Source: Cenococcum geophilum
Taxonomy: Eukaryota
Length of the DNA: 64,000 nt
Direction of reading: 5' to 3'
Assembly (NCBI GenBank): GCA_050273025.1
Contig: CP158635.1
Span: 21,142,001 to 21,206,000 of the forward strand
Each line of letters opens with the position of its first letter. Position 1 is the stretch's first letter. The notes below the pieces were generated by a model. That model was not told the origin of the DNA, searched no databases, and saw only the letters and a list, made by a program, of their open reading frames with translations. The translations under genes were made by a program, and so were the position numbers. This document shows, one piece after another, positions 62,364 to 64,000 of the stretch.

Positions 62364-64000
62364 TATCACAAGGCGCGGAACAGTGGCTGCTAAACGTATG
62401 TATTCAAGGAGTCTACAAGACGTTACGCGATCGATCGTAAGGATTGAGGGCGTAGGAAGGTAATATACTACGCGTGGCTGACGTAAGCTGTACGCGAAGC
62501 GTACGCGAGGGCACGGGGTTCCGCTAGGGAGTCTCCTATGGAGGCTCCTGCGGCGGCGTTCCGTGACACTACCCCCCCTCTTATAGAGGCGGAGCTTTGG
62601 CGACGCTATGGTTACTATATACATATAGAAGGAACGCTTAAGGCATAGAAAAGGAAAAGAAATAACACTAAAGGGGTTGGTGGTGTAGAGTTCTGCCAGC
62701 TCTAATCATTAAATAGACTAATTAGGATTTTCCATCCCTGGGATAAAAAATCGCTATTAGCTTAGTAGAAGGCGGTAAGCTAAACTAATATCTTTATAGT
62801 CCGCAGCGATATTACGTAATAAGGCTTGGCACCTAAGAATTCAACCAATTAGATAACTTTAACCGGCGGTTAAAGTTCCTAAACATCTTAACGATTTTTC
62901 GGTCACGTAATGACAATCTACGGCAATTTAACGGCAATTTGCCCTTACGTAGTAGTGTACAACGGTTAAACTCTATAAGGGCTCCCATAGAGGATTAGGC
63001 ACGAAATCTCTACTTAGGCCTAGTTTCTGCAGGTTTACGTGGTAAAAGTCGCTAATTAGGTCCTTTACATTTTCAAAGTCTTCCTATAGTTGCCATTCTG
63101 GCTAATCTATGTCGAATCCTATATAGATAGCTCTATAGTAGAGCCGCCGTCCTCTGCCTTTGCTAAAGTATTTAAAGTTAATAATTCGTTTAACGGTCCA
63201 CTCCTTATAGTTCTTATCCTTATTCTCATCTCAAATTAATACTAGTGGGGGTTTAGGCTATATCTATCCTAGTAAGGGGTTAGGCTGGTAAAGGTGTAGT
63301 AGCTATAGGTAAAATATAGGCTATATCCTACGGGTAGCTAGGGTAAGTGGGAGCTCTAGCTTATATGCGGCTCCCTTATTAATAACTCATTTAATCTAAT
63401 AGGGGCTAAAATTCTTATAATTAAGTAACTTTATAGGCCTCTATATAGAGATATTGTGTATATCTAGCTATACCCAGTCGCTAACACGCATCTCCGGTGG
63501 TGGCGTTCTATAACAGTTGGCGAAGTAGGCCTACTTTGCTTAAGCCCAGGCCATTTCTCCCCTATAGTAGTTAAGTAGATTTTTTATACGGTCTGTATGC
63601 TGGTTAGTAAGTAGCATCTTAAGGCGTTTTCCGTATAGCAGTTTCTTATTAATAGGTTCTAGTGGCTCTATACTAGATTAGGGGTAATAACCCTTATTCG
63701 CGAAGAACGGAGTAAGTCCTATAGTGGCTAAGACGTAGTTATTAGCTATAAACTCGCTTAGTAGGAGGTAATCTACCCAGTTGTCCTGGCTGTAGGCAAC
63801 AACCTATCGTAAGTACGCCTTTATACTGGCGTTAGCGTTTTCTAGCTATCCTATAGTCTTATAGTAGAAGAATATAGACATCTTAATAAAGATACTAAGA
63901 CGTTAACAGATCCGTCTCTATAGGTTAGAGTTAAATTACGTATCCTAGTCGGACGTAATAGAGTTAGGTATTCCATATAGTCGGTAAACTTCGCAAAAAA
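62364..64000 (-). mobile_element. Gypsy element of the same family as 1-4084: 3' LTR 62364-62568, chromodomain and integrase end
   Basis: Reverse-complement homology to ~2575-4084; PPT at 62569-62582. Confidence 0.93.

Noticed and set aside
1..64000. Starship element or intact host genes; short ORFs in the supplied track
   Set aside because: No tyrosine-recombinase captain recognised; short ORFs are fragments or antisense frames of degenerate TE genes

Overview
Fungal (most likely filamentous ascomycete) heterochromatin-type DNA with no intact host gene. Almost all coding sequence is destroyed by RIP-like C>T/G>A transitions (strong TpA excess, TAA/TAG stops at Gln/Trp codons). The backbone looks like a head-to-tail series of Helitrons (Rep/PIF1 helicase relics) joined by a conserved ~90-nt hairpin module. 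Nested into it are: an Academ/AcademH-like TIR element (DUF6589-type transposase plus RecQ-like helicase), two full-length Copia elements, two non-autonomous LTR elements, three Gypsy/chromovirus relics, a pogo/Fot1 transposon, a Tad1-like LINE, a MULE transposon and MITEs. Three copies of a satellite cassette (12-mer array, spacer, 20-mer array, AGGT-type microsatellite) are each bounded by related CRTCRG... inverted termini with 2-bp flanks. Most insertion boundaries and target-site duplications could be read directly. Protein family assignments come from manual motif recognition in degenerate frames, not database searches, and gene start/stop coordinates are approximate.
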